Shown here: piece by piece, positions 1 through 10,814 of the stretch
Layout of the letters: every line of letters starts with the position of its first letter
Position numbering within the stretch: the first letter of the stretch is position 1
Position numbers and translations under genes: made by a program
Assembly (NCBI GenBank): GCA_950097015.1
Contig: CATNEN010000038.1
Location: forward strand, 9,362,001 to 9,426,000
Reading direction: 5' to 3'
From: Macrostomum hystrix
Lineage: Eukaryota; Animalia; Platyhelminthes
Length of the DNA stretch: 64,000 bases
The notes under the pieces: model-generated
What the model saw: only the letters and a program-made list of their open reading frames with translations
Told to the model about the DNA's origin: nothing
Database searches by the model: none

Positions 1-487
1 TTGTCATACTTTGTGTTATTTACTCATTACTGATGGTGTACTGATTTATTTATCTATTCAAAGTTATTAGATAACTGCTCATTATTAGTCAGTGTTAATT
101 ATGTGTGTTATACGTCCTCTTTTGTTCTAGCTCTTCCTATGTGTGTGTACGAGTATATATAAAGAATTGTGGAATACAGTGCCTAATTTAAATTCAATGA
201 ATTCAATTACTTATTGAAACATGTTGGCGTGTCCTAGCAAAACAATTATTTTCCTAATGCACATTAAAATATTGTCATTTATGCTTTTGTCTCTTCTTTA
301 GAGGTAGAAAAAAACTTTGTGACGACCAAACCCTTTGTTTTCATTTTTTCACTGTAAAAATCCTTCTGATTGGTCAGATTTCTGTAAAATCTAAAGACTG
401 ATCTATGGGTAATTTTTGACATCTAGATACGATTTTGAGATGTGATATTTAAAGACAGTTCCTATAAGTGGATATTTTTGATCTTGC

Positions 488-1396
488 GACAGTTCCAGTA
501 GGTAGATTTGGGATATCTAGAGACAGTTCCAGTAGGTAGATTTGGGATATCTAGAGACAGTTCCAGTAGGTAGATTTAAGATATCTAGAGACAGTTCCAG
601 TAGGTAGATTTGTGTGATCTAGAGACAGTTCCAGTAGGTAGATTTAGGATATCTAGAGACAGTTCCAGTAGGTAGATTTGGGATATCTAGAGACAGTTCC
701 AGTAGGTAGATTTGTGTGATCTAGAGACAGTTCCAGTAGGTAGATTTGTGATATCTAGAGACAGTTCCAGTAGGTAGATTTGTGTGATCTAGAGACAGTT
801 CCAGTAGGTAGATTTGGGATATCTAGAGACAGTTCCAGTAGGTAGATTTGTGATATCTAGAGACAGTTCCAGTAGGTAGATTTGTGTGATCTAGAAACAG
901 TTCCAGTAGGTAGATTTAGGATATCTAGAGACAGTTCCAGTAGGTAGATTTGGGATATCTAGAGACAGTTCCAGTAGGTAGATTTGTGTGATCTAAAGAC
1001 AGTTCCAGTAGGTAGATTTGTGTGATCTAGAGACAGTTCCAGTAGGTAGATTTAGGATATCTAGAGACAGTTCCAGTAGGTAGATTTGTGATATCTAGAT
1101 ACAGTTCCAGTAGGTAGATTTGGGATATCTACAGACAGTTCTAGTAGGTAGATTTGGGATATCTAGAGACAGTTCCGGTAGGTAGATTTGTGTGATCTAG
1201 CGATATCTAGGGATATCTAGATTTGGATATCTAGATGTGGATATCTAGATTTGGAATATCTAGAGACAGTTCCAGTAGGTAGATTTGGGATATCTAGAGA
1301 CAGTTCCAGCAAATAGATTTGGGATATCTAGAGACAGTCCTAGTAGGTAGATTTGTGTGATCTAGAGACAGTTCCAGTAGGTAGATTTAGGATATA
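488..1396. repeat. 34-bp minisatellite (GATATCTAGAGACAGTTCCAGTAGGTAGATTTGG), ~26 copies, upstream of the TCAIM acceptor
   Basis: Direct tandem copies visible. Confidence 0.95.
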
Positions 1397-1523
1397 GATC
1401 CAGTTAGTAGAGTCAGTCATTATTTTTCTTCATTCCGCAGCTTGCTTCTCAATCAGTCCGCAGCCAACAGTCTTTCAAGATGACTTCCTTCTGTCAGCCC
1501 GTGCAGAGCGGCAAGGCGTAGCT

Positions 1524-4500
1524 ATGGAGCCTCTCAAACTGCTGGCAGTCCGGCACCCCATTCTTGCCAGATGCCGCCGCTGCTGCATGACCTACGCCAG
1601 GGCGCTGAAATCGCTGAAGCCGCTTCTGCAGGCCATCCACCCGGACCTATTCGAGGCCCAGCCCAAACTCCAGGCTGTCAACGTGGCTTCCCTGCAGCGG
1701 CTGCATCTTCTGCTCAGCGATCTCAGCCAGGGTCGCGTCGTTCACGGATCGCGGCATGACTTCCGCTTCTACCTGAAGCGGGGCACCGAGGCGGCTACCA
1801 CGCTGAGTGTCACCTCCAGCGGCAGCCTCGGCGACTCCGTCCAGCAGATCCTCGGACAGCTGGGCTCACCCGCTGCCACTGAGGGCGGTAAGATCATCTC
1901 ACCTGTATCACCTACCTGTTATCCTGACATCTCACCTGTATCACCTACCTGTTAACCTGACATCTCACCTGTATCACCTACCTGTTATCCTGACATCTCA
2001 CCTGTATCACCTACCTGTTAACCTGACATCTCACCTGTATCACCTACCTGTTAACCTGACATCTCACCTGTATCACCTACCTGTTAACCTGACATCTCAC
2101 CTGTATCACCTACCTGTTATCCTGACATCTCACCTGTATCACCTACCTGTTAACCTGACATCTCACCTGTATCACCTACCTGTTAACCTGACATCTCACC
2201 TGTATCACCTACCTGTTATCCTGACATCTCACCTGTATCACCTACCTGTTATCCTGACATCTCACCTGTATCACCTACCTGTTATCCTGACATCTCACCT
2301 GTATCACCTACCTGTTATCCTGACATCTCACCTGTATCACATCTACCTGTTAACCTGACATCTCACCTGTATCACCTACCTGTTATCCTGACATCTCACC
2401 TGTCTCCCATCACTGACGCATCCCATCTCCCATCTCCCATTACCTGTCTCCCATCACTGACATCTCAACTGTATGCCATCACTGACATCTCAACTGTATG
2501 CCATCACTGACATCTCACCTGTCTCCCATTACCACTGACATCTCACCTGTCTCCCATTACCACTGACATCTCACCTGTCTGCTATCACTGACATCTCACC
2601 TGTCTGCTATCACTGAACTACTTCCAGTCGACCAGCCGTTGCCGCCTTCAGCTCCGCCCGGGTCGCCGGCCGGGCCACGCGGTTCGCCAGACCTGGCCAG
2701 CTGGTTGGCCTCTGTGGCGCCAGACGCACGCGCCAAACTGGCGCACTCGCGCCAAATAGCCGACTCCTGCGCCCGCCTGGAGACTGTGCTGCTCAACAGA
2801 ACCGGAGCAGCCAGCATTCGGTGGCAATCGGACTGGACCCTGGGCCACTACCTGCGCAGCTTGAGTGCCCTGGAGACCCTGCTCAGCACACGGCCCGGCC
2901 TGGCAGAGCGGCTCCGGGGTCGCAGCATCCTGTTCGCGCCGGGCAAAACCGGACTGGGCCTGCTAGACGGTAACCGGCTGCTTAATCCGGCTGACGTGCC
3001 CGAAGCCTGGCTCTCAGCGCTGCTGCCTGATCAGGTGGGGAGAGCTTGATGTTGGTGACATTTTGAGATTCTTATCTGGGATTTTGTTATTCTTATCTTT
3101 GATTTTGAGATTCTTATCTGGGATTTTGTTATTCTTATCTTTGATTTTGAGATTCTTATCTGGGATTTTGTTATTCTTATCTTTGATTTTGAGATTCTTG
3201 TCTTGGATTTTGAGATTCTTATCTTGGATTTTGAGATTCTTGTCTTGGATTTTGAGATTCTTGTCTTGGATTTTGAGATTATTATCTTTATGAGATTGAT
3301 AGGTTAGATTATGAGATTGATAGGTTAGATTATGAGATTGATAGGTTAGATTATGAGATTGATAGGTTAGATTATGAGATTGATAGGTTAGATTATGAGA
3401 TTGATAGGTTAGATAATATGATTGTTAGGTGAGATTATGAGATTGATAGGTGAGATAATATGATTGTTAGGTGAGATTATGAGATTGATAGGTGAGATAA
3501 TATGATTGTTAGGTGAGATTATGAGATTGATAGGTGAGATAATATGATTGTTAGGTGAGATTATGAGATTTATAGGTGAGATAAATATGATTGTTAGGTG
3601 AGATTATTAGATTGATGGCTGAGATTATGAGATTGTCGGATGAGGCTTGCTGACGCGTCACTGATGAATGGTCGAATTTCCACCCACGCAGTCGACCGTG
3701 CAGCCTCAGCTGGACCGGGTAGCGGCACTGGAGCGCGCAGTCTCAGTTCTGCTGCACGGGGCTCGCCTGGTCCGCCATCCTGGCGTCCACCTGTCCGTCA
3801 CCCTGGCCGAGTACGAGGCCTGCCTCAGCCGCCTGCTGTCCGGGCTGGCGGGACTCTACCGCCGGCTGTACAGCGATCGCCGCTTCCGAATGTCCTTCGG
3901 CCGGCTGGATTTGACGGCTGGCTACGACCTGGCCGGCCTGACGGTGGCCGTGGAAGATTCCAGCGGTCACGTGACTCTACCGCAGAGGCCAGACTCGCCT
4001 GTGATTTGCCCTGCTAGGAATCCGGCCTTCCAGCTGCTAGAGGCACTGATTGACCTGGCGGCCGGGCGGGACCCGACGGCACGCGAGCGTCAGCTGGGTG
4101 ACTCCGGGTGAGTGCCAGCGACTCTTTGTTCTTGGCTTTTGGTTTCGCGCCTAGTTTCAGGTGTTGGTTCAGGCCTGGTTTCAGGTGTAGATTCAGCAGG
4201 CCTAGTTTCAGATGTAGATTCTTCAGGCCTAGTTTCAGGTGTAGGTTCAGGCCTAGTTTCAGGTGTAGATTCTTCAGGCCTAGTTTCAGGTGTAGGTTCA
4301 GGCCTAGTTTCAGGTGTAGGTTCAGGCCTAGTTTCAGGTGTAGGTTCAGCAGGCCTAGTTTTAGATGTAGCTTCAGCAGGCCTAGTTTCAGGTGTAGGTT
4401 CAGGCCTAGTTTCAGGTGTAGATTCTTCAGGCCTAGTTTCAGGTGCAGGTTCAGGCCAGTTTCGTGAGTTTCATACTGTACCTTGACTGTCACCATGCCA

Positions 4501-4766
4501 GGCGCACCATGAATTCCGGAGCCTCAGCGCCGATGGACTGGGGCATTGTTGCTGAGCTGTCCGAACAGTGCGTGCTGAAGCACAGGCTGGACAATGTCAG
4601 CGTGGACTCTAGTCTGTCGGCTGCGGACGCGGCGAACTGTCTTGAGCGCCTGCTGAGGCTGTCGCTAAGTGAAACCGACTTGCTCAGGGATTTGAGTGTC
4701 CGGGTGACTCGATTCAGGTCTGTGCTTGACAGTGGAGAGATCTGCATCATGGCAGGGGATGTTTGA
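1524..4766 (+). CDS. TCAIM: T-cell activation inhibitor, mitochondrial (TCAIM; DUF4460/DUF4461) homologue, 4 coding exons
   Basis: Exons 1524-1887, 2628-3034, 3692-4107 and 4502-4766, all GT-AG and phase-compatible. LKPLLQAIHPDLF...VNVASLQRL resembles the TCAIM N-terminal motif (ALRPFYFAVHPDFF..NENSLKRL); exon 2 has LRGRSILF..GLGLLDG..LLNPADVPEAW. Arg-rich N-terminus suits a mitochondrial presequence. AATAAA near 4827. The frame is also open upstream to an acceptor at 1440. Confidence 0.85.
1895..2615. repeat. 33-bp minisatellite in TCAIM intron 1 (CATCTCACCTGTATCACCTACCTGTTATCCTGA), decaying into shorter variants
   Basis: Tandem copies begin ~7 nt after the donor. Confidence 0.95.
3061..3635. 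repeat. Two adjacent 21-bp-based minisatellites in TCAIM intron 2
   Basis: TTTTGAGATTCTTATCTGGGA-type units, then TATGAGATTGATAGGTTAGAT-type units. Confidence 0.9.
4148..4458. repeat. 24-30-bp minisatellite in TCAIM intron 3 (CAGGCCTAGTTTCAGGTGTAGGTT)
   Basis: Tandem copies. Confidence 0.9.
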
Positions 4767-4979
4767 CCTTGTCACTTACACTACTTGGACTGCCAGTTGT
4801 AAGTAGTCTGCTTGGAAAAAAACTCTAATAAATATACGAGTGCAAGAGTTATGCAACTCAGCTTCACTTAGATTTTTTGCACTATTTTCTGAGATTTTCT
4901 GCTCTAAGTACTAGGTTTGACAAGTGTTTTTTATTATTTACGATTGTAACCAAGGCTCTCTAGGTCTCCCATATCCTCC

Positions 4980-6357
4980 AAGGCTGAGCTGTCAACTCTC
5001 TCCCAGATTCTCAGGCTGGGCTGTCAACTCTCTCCCAGATCCTCAGGCTGGGCTGTCAACTCTCTCCCAGATCCTCAGGCTGGGCTGTCAACTCTCTCCC
5101 AGATTCTCAGGCTGGGCTGTCAACTCTCTCCCAGATTCTCAGGCTGGGCTGTCAACTCTCTCCCAGATCCTCAGGCTGGGCTGTCAACTCTCTCCCAGAT
5201 CCTCAGGCTGGGCTGTCAACTCTCTCCCAGATCCTCAGGCTGGGCTGTCAACTCTCTCCCAGATCCTCAGGCTGGGCTGTCAACTCTCTCCCAGATTCTC
5301 AGGCTGGGCTGTCAACTCTCTCCCAGATTCTCAGGCTGGGCTGTCAACTCTCTCCCAGATCCTCAGGCTGGGCTGTCAACTCTCTCCCAGATTCTCAGGC
5401 TGGGCTGTCAACTCTCTCCCAGATTCTCAGGCTGGGCTGTCAACTCTCTCCCAGATTCTCAGGCTGGGCTGTCAACTCTCTCCCAGATTCTCAGGCTGGG
5501 CTGTCAACTCTCTCCCAGATTCTCAGGCTGGGCTGTCAACTCTCTCCCAGATTCTCAGGCTGGGCTGTCAACTCTCTCCCAGATCCTCAGGCTGGGCTGT
5601 CAACTGTCTCCCAGATTCCCAGGCTGGGCTGTCAACTCTCTCCCAGATTCTCAGGCTGGGCTGTCAACTCTCTCCCAGATTCTCAGGCTGGGCTGTCAAC
5701 TCTCTCCCAGATTCTCAGGCTGGGCTGTCAACTCTCTCCCAGATCCTCAGGCTGGGCTGTCAACTCTCTCCCAGATCCTCAGGCTGGGCTGTCAACTCTC
5801 TCCCAGATTCTCAGGCTGGGCTGTCAACTCTCTCCCAGATTCTCAGGCTGGGCTGTCAACTCTCTCCCAGATTCTCAGGCTGGGCTGTCAACTCTCTCCC
5901 AGATCCTCAGGCTGGGCTGTCAACTCTCTCCCAGATTCTCAGGCTGGGCTGTCAACTCTCTCCCAGATCCTCAGGCTGGGCTGTCAACTCTCTCCCAGAT
6001 TCTCAGGCTGGGCTGTCAACTCTCTCCCAGATTCTCAGGCTGGGCTGTCAACTCTCTCCCAGATTCTCAGGCTGGGCTGTCAACTCTCTCCCAGATTCTC
6101 AGGCTGGGCTGTCAACTCTCTCCCAGATTCTCAGGCTGGGCTGTCAACTCTCTCCCAGATTCTCAGGCTGAGCTGTCAACTCTCTCCCAGATTCTCAGGC
6201 TGGGCTGTCAACTCTCTCCCAGATTCTCAGGCTGAGCTGTCAACTCTCTCCCAGATTCTCAGGCTGGGCTGTCAACTCTCTCCCAGATTCTCAGGCTGGG
6301 CTGTCAACTCTCTCCCAGATTCTCAGTCTGGGCTGTCAACTCTCTCCCAGATCCTCA
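4980..6357. repeat. 32-bp minisatellite (TCTCAGGCTGGGCTGTCAACTCTCTCCCAGAT), ~43 copies, intergenic
   Basis: Near-perfect tandem array. Confidence 0.97.
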
Positions 6358-6789
6358 ATCAAAGATCATTAGATCAGTCGCACCTTTGTTAGTTTACCTT
6401 CTTAGTTACAAATCAAATCCAGGCAGTTTATGATCTTCTCAGGCATCACTTCGGCACAATTGCACCGCCGGCATTTGGGAGTGAATAAATTGGCTCGATT
6501 CTGATCTGATTGTCCTCTTGGCCTTGCTGTTTAGTCCTCGTTCGAGTATCGAACCGCACGAGGCAATGGACTTGTCGTGCCAGGCTTCCGCTTGACAAGG
6601 TAGATAATTGCGTCAAGGTGCAAATTAAGTTTATAGCTTAGCCAAATGGGATTTTATAGCGGCCCGCTGCATCTCTGAAATTCTTGCCTCAAATCCCTAC
6701 GCTATATAGTTGCACTTTAAAGGGCCGATAATTCTAATGTTTCTCTACTGCCTTCTAAAACCGTTCAAATTCGTTTGCCTCTATTGGAT

Positions 6790-7165
6790 TCTTTGAGATC
6801 CCACCTGTAATTAGGGTGGGATTCTGTCCAGGACCTAGAGATCCCACCTGTAATTAGGGTGGGATTCTGTCCAGAGACCTTGAGATCCCACCTGTAATTA
6901 GGGTGGGATTCTGTCCAGGACCTTGAGATCCCACCTGTAATTAGGGTGGGATTCTGTCCAGAGACCTTGAGATCCCACCTGTAATTAGGGTGGGATTCTG
7001 TCCAGGACCTTGAGATCCCACCTGTAATTAGGGTGGGATTCTGTCCAGAGACCTTGAGATCCCACCTGTAATTAGGGTGGGATTCTGTCCAGAGACCTTG
7101 AGATCCCACCTGTAATTAGGGTGGGATTCTGTCCAGAGACCTTGAGATCCCACCTGTAATTTGAG
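6790..7165. repeat. 43/44-bp minisatellite with internal palindrome ATCCCACC..GGTGGGAT, ~8 copies
   Basis: Tandem copies, with degenerate ones extending to ~7320. Confidence 0.93.
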
Positions 7166-8059
7166 TGTGATTCTATGGACTTTTACATTTCTACTGTAGT
7201 TAGAGCTGGATGGATTCTCTGCAGATACTGCAAGATCCCACTTGTAATTTTAGTGGGATTCTAAAGCTACAGATACTTGCAGACATTTTAAGATCCCGCC
7301 TGAGATCCCACCTGTAGTTGCCCATGCAAGTACAGGCAATTTTTTCTATTAAAATTGCTACTACTCAGGACTGCTTTCTCTGTCTTCCCTGCCAGATCCT
7401 AAAAACGTCAAATTGCTTTCCTGTGCACTTTAGCGCATGGAAAGTGGGGAAATCGTTTTAAATAGACAGCGCATACTCTGTGCCAGAATCTAACCAGTTC
7501 CCTATGACAAACCGATAATTGATTTGCTAACACTATCAGATCGGGCGCTCTGGGCAAGACCTTAGATTATTAATACGGAGTCCATTTGCAAGGACTCAAA
7601 ACTCCTAGGCTTCATCTTCATACTATAGTATCTCAATTGCTGGCTGGTCCATTTTGTTTTACTCTGTAGCAGCATACTGATCCCCAGGGGGGATATTAAT
7701 GCTGAAGGCTGAGCGGGGCAGGAAGTGCGTCGCCTTTTCAATTCCTGGGTCGCTTTTTTTCTTTTCGATCCAGCCTCGATGGCAAACCTTCGCCTTCGTT
7801 GCGTGCTCATTCAGCAGCCCACTGATGTCCTTGAAAAGTTACCTGTCTCCTAGTAACTCGCCTGCCTCTAAAAAACGTGTCTATCTAGAGATTTAATTTT
7901 GTTCGAATTTTCCCTAGTTCTAGATTTTAGGTAATTTTTAATCGTGAACCTGACATAAACTCCTGGAGGTGTGGCAAATTTTAACGAAAGTTTAATATCA
8001 TTCGTCTTTATTACTTTCAAGTTCCATTCTATCTGTATTAATATTTTCTAAATAATAAC

Positions 8060-8320
8060 ATTTTATTACACTCGCCCCAATTGGGTCAGATGTGCAGCCG
8101 ACAGCAGAGCCGCCGCTGCGTCGCATCTGAAGCCTGTACGGCTGTTCAGTCCGTGGACTGGGGTGACGCCACCCCAACCACCCTCAATTACCCCAGCTAA
8201 TGCTGATACCCATTTAACAGCAGCTGGGTGAACTGAAGCGATGCAGAGTTAAGTGGCTTGCTAAAGGTCACAAATTGTTTCAGGGGAGTCAGGAATCGAA
8301 CCCCCGTCCTGCACTTACCG
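8060..8320 (-). mobile_element. CORE-type SINE family A copy
   Basis: Similar by eye to 61470-61730; B box present. Confidence 0.82.
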
Positions 8321-8897
8321 ACGCGAGCAGTAAGAAAACTTTCTAAGAAACTTGTTTTTTTTCTCTTGAACTAGTAATGCTCCATAATACGCCACTTTTG
8401 CCTAACCAGCAACAGACTGCAGCTGCAGCACCTGTCACTGCTCGTTCTTTCCTTTCCCATGCGCCGCCGAATTGTTGAATGGCTTGCCTTGGCAACGCTT
8501 GACTGCAATTGATAAGTCGTCTGTCATATTAATATTCCCAGAAAAAAGCAGGAATTCCTATAATGAATGGCGCGAAAAATCCCATCTTGAAGAGTTTATT
8601 ATCTAGCACAGTGCTGCTCAATTGAGCACTTGATGATTCGGCAATCACTGCAGCTGTATGTACTAATATGAATAGACCTCAGTAGCTTTATCATTGCACG
8701 CCCAGGTGTGTTCTATTGCTAAGAATAGAAACAGGTTATCAATTTGCTTTTGACTCTATTTATCTCCCGAATTTCTTAGCTTCAATTTTATCTCGATTTA
8801 GTTAAAAAAACAGGAAGCAAAAAATGTAGATTAGCTGGCTCAGCTGGGTATTTGGGGAGCAGGTGAGAAATCAGCAAATTTGGCCTGCGGTTCTTTT

Positions 8898-9919
8898 GGC
8901 TGCAACATCTGCAACTGGCTTGGGCAATGGCTGCAACATCTGCAACTGGCTTGGGCAATGGCTGCAACATCTGCAACTGGCTTGGGCAATGGCTGCAACA
9001 TCTGCAACTGGCTTGGGCAATGGCTGCAACATCTGCAACTGGCTTGGGCAATGGCTGCAACATCTGCAACTGGCTTGGGCAATGGCTGCAACATCTGCAA
9101 CTGGCTTGGGCAATGGCTGCAACATCTGCAACTGGCTTGGGCAATGGCTGCAACATCTGCAACTGGCTTGGGCAATGGCTGCAACATCTGCAACTGGCTT
9201 GGGCAATGGCTGCAACATCTGCAACTGGCTTGGGCAATGGCTGCAACATCTGCAACTGGCTTGGGCAATTGCTGCAACATCTGCAACTGGCTTGGGCAAT
9301 GGCTGCAACATCTGCAACTGGCTTGGGCAATGGCTGCAACATCTGCAACTGGGTTGGGCAATGGCTGCAACATCTGCAACTGGCTTGGGCAATGGCTGCA
9401 ACATCTGCAACTGGCTTGGGCAATTGCTGCAACATCTGCAACTGGCTTGGGCAATGGCTGCAACATCTGCAACTGGCTTGGGCAATTGCTGCAACATCTG
9501 CAACTGGCTTGGGCAATTGCTGCAACATCTGCAACTGGCTTGGGCAATGGCTGCAACATCTGCAACTGGCTTGGGCAATTGCTGCAACATCTGCAACTGG
9601 CTTGGGCAATTGCTGCAACATCTGCAACTGGCTTGGGCAATTGCTGCAACATCTGCAACTGGCTTGGGCAATTGCTGCAACATCTGCAACTGGCTTGGGC
9701 AATTGCTGCAACATCTGCAACTGGCTTGGGCAATGGCTGCAACATCTGCAACTGGCTTGGGCAATGGCTGCAACATCTGCAACTGGCTTGGGCAATGGCT
9801 GCAACATCTGCAACTGGCTTGGGCAATGGCTGCAACATCTGCAACTGGGTTGGGCAATGGCTGCAACATCTGCAACTGGCTTGGGCAATGGCTGCAACAT
9901 CTGCAACTGGCTTGGGCAA
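8898..9919. repeat. 31-bp minisatellite (GGCTGCAACATCTGCAACTGGCTTGGGCAAT), ~33 copies
   Basis: Tandem array, stop-free in all six frames. Confidence 0.97.
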
Positions 9920-9994
9920 CAGCAGTCTGCTCATTCCATTGAATCATGGTCCATCACGCTGGAACGTTCAATTTGTAATGTACCGTGTCCAACT

Positions 9995-10263
9995 GGAGAG
10001 CGAGTGGCAGAGCGGTTAACGCCTTCGCCTCTCGCAGCAATGTCCCTGAGCTCGATTCCATGGTGAGGCCAATTTTATTTGGGGCGCAGCCGTGGAGATA
10101 GCATTAGTGACAGTGTACAGCTGACTGACGATGAAAGTCAGGGCGTGTGTGCTCAGGAGTCAGCGAAATGGGCAGAATTGCCTCCTCGCTGGCTGCGGGT
10201 CTAGTGTCACCAAATGATGTGCCACTGCCTGCAGCCCTCATGCAATTACTATACTACTACTAC
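9995..10263 (+). mobile_element. tRNA-derived SINE family B (internally deleted copy), (ACT)n tail
   Basis: A box TGGCAGAGCGG, degenerate B box AGCTCGATTCC; body shared with the copies at 16245, 40462 and 45666. Confidence 0.8.
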
Positions 10264-10814
10264 CGCGTCCAACTTGCTGGCTTTAAGGGGGCTCACTATG
10301 AACAGCTGGGCAGGAAATACAAATTCACAAGTTCTTTCACGAACGTGCCAACTATTTCCACCTGCGGTTTTACGAGTAAGATTGCTGGTAATTTTAAAAG
10401 CAAAACTGTGCTTAACAATAGAAAGACCTGGGGAAAATCCATGGGGGGGATTTCAAATACCGCCTACTTCACAAATGCTCCCAAACCGAATGACCGATTT
10501 CTAGAAGTTGTTACAAGTTGTACATCGGATAGAGCTGGAAATTCGATCATGTGTTTCGGATTTTAATGATGATTGGTTAAATATTTTAGGAGATACAGAA
10601 AAAAACATAACTTTGAGTATTGGAAATACCCAGTGATCTTTCTACTGTTATAAAATTCAAGACTTTGTACCTAACAAGAACATTTCGCAGTTTAGTATTG
10701 TCGCAGAAAACAACGTTTCGAAATGGAAAGAAAGTTGAAGGAGCTCGTATCGATGGAAAGACAATTCAAAACTTTCTAATTTGATTATTTAAATCGAAAG
10801 AATTTGGCGCCAAT

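Noticed and set aside
4924-6171. 415-aa ORF
   Set aside because: Translation of the 32-bp array.
6790-7165. CRISPR-like palindromic repeats
   Set aside because: No unique spacers, no cas genes, eukaryotic context.
8788-10066. Six overlapping 360-380-aa ORFs
   Set aside because: Artefact of a stop-free 31-bp tandem repeat; all frames give the same permuted peptide.
10175-10205. HDV-ribozyme-like GCCTCCTCGCTGGC (P3/L3 match) in SINE B
   Set aside because: I could not build P1, P1.1, P2 and J4/2; the motif is not kept in other copies and a simple hairpin explains it.
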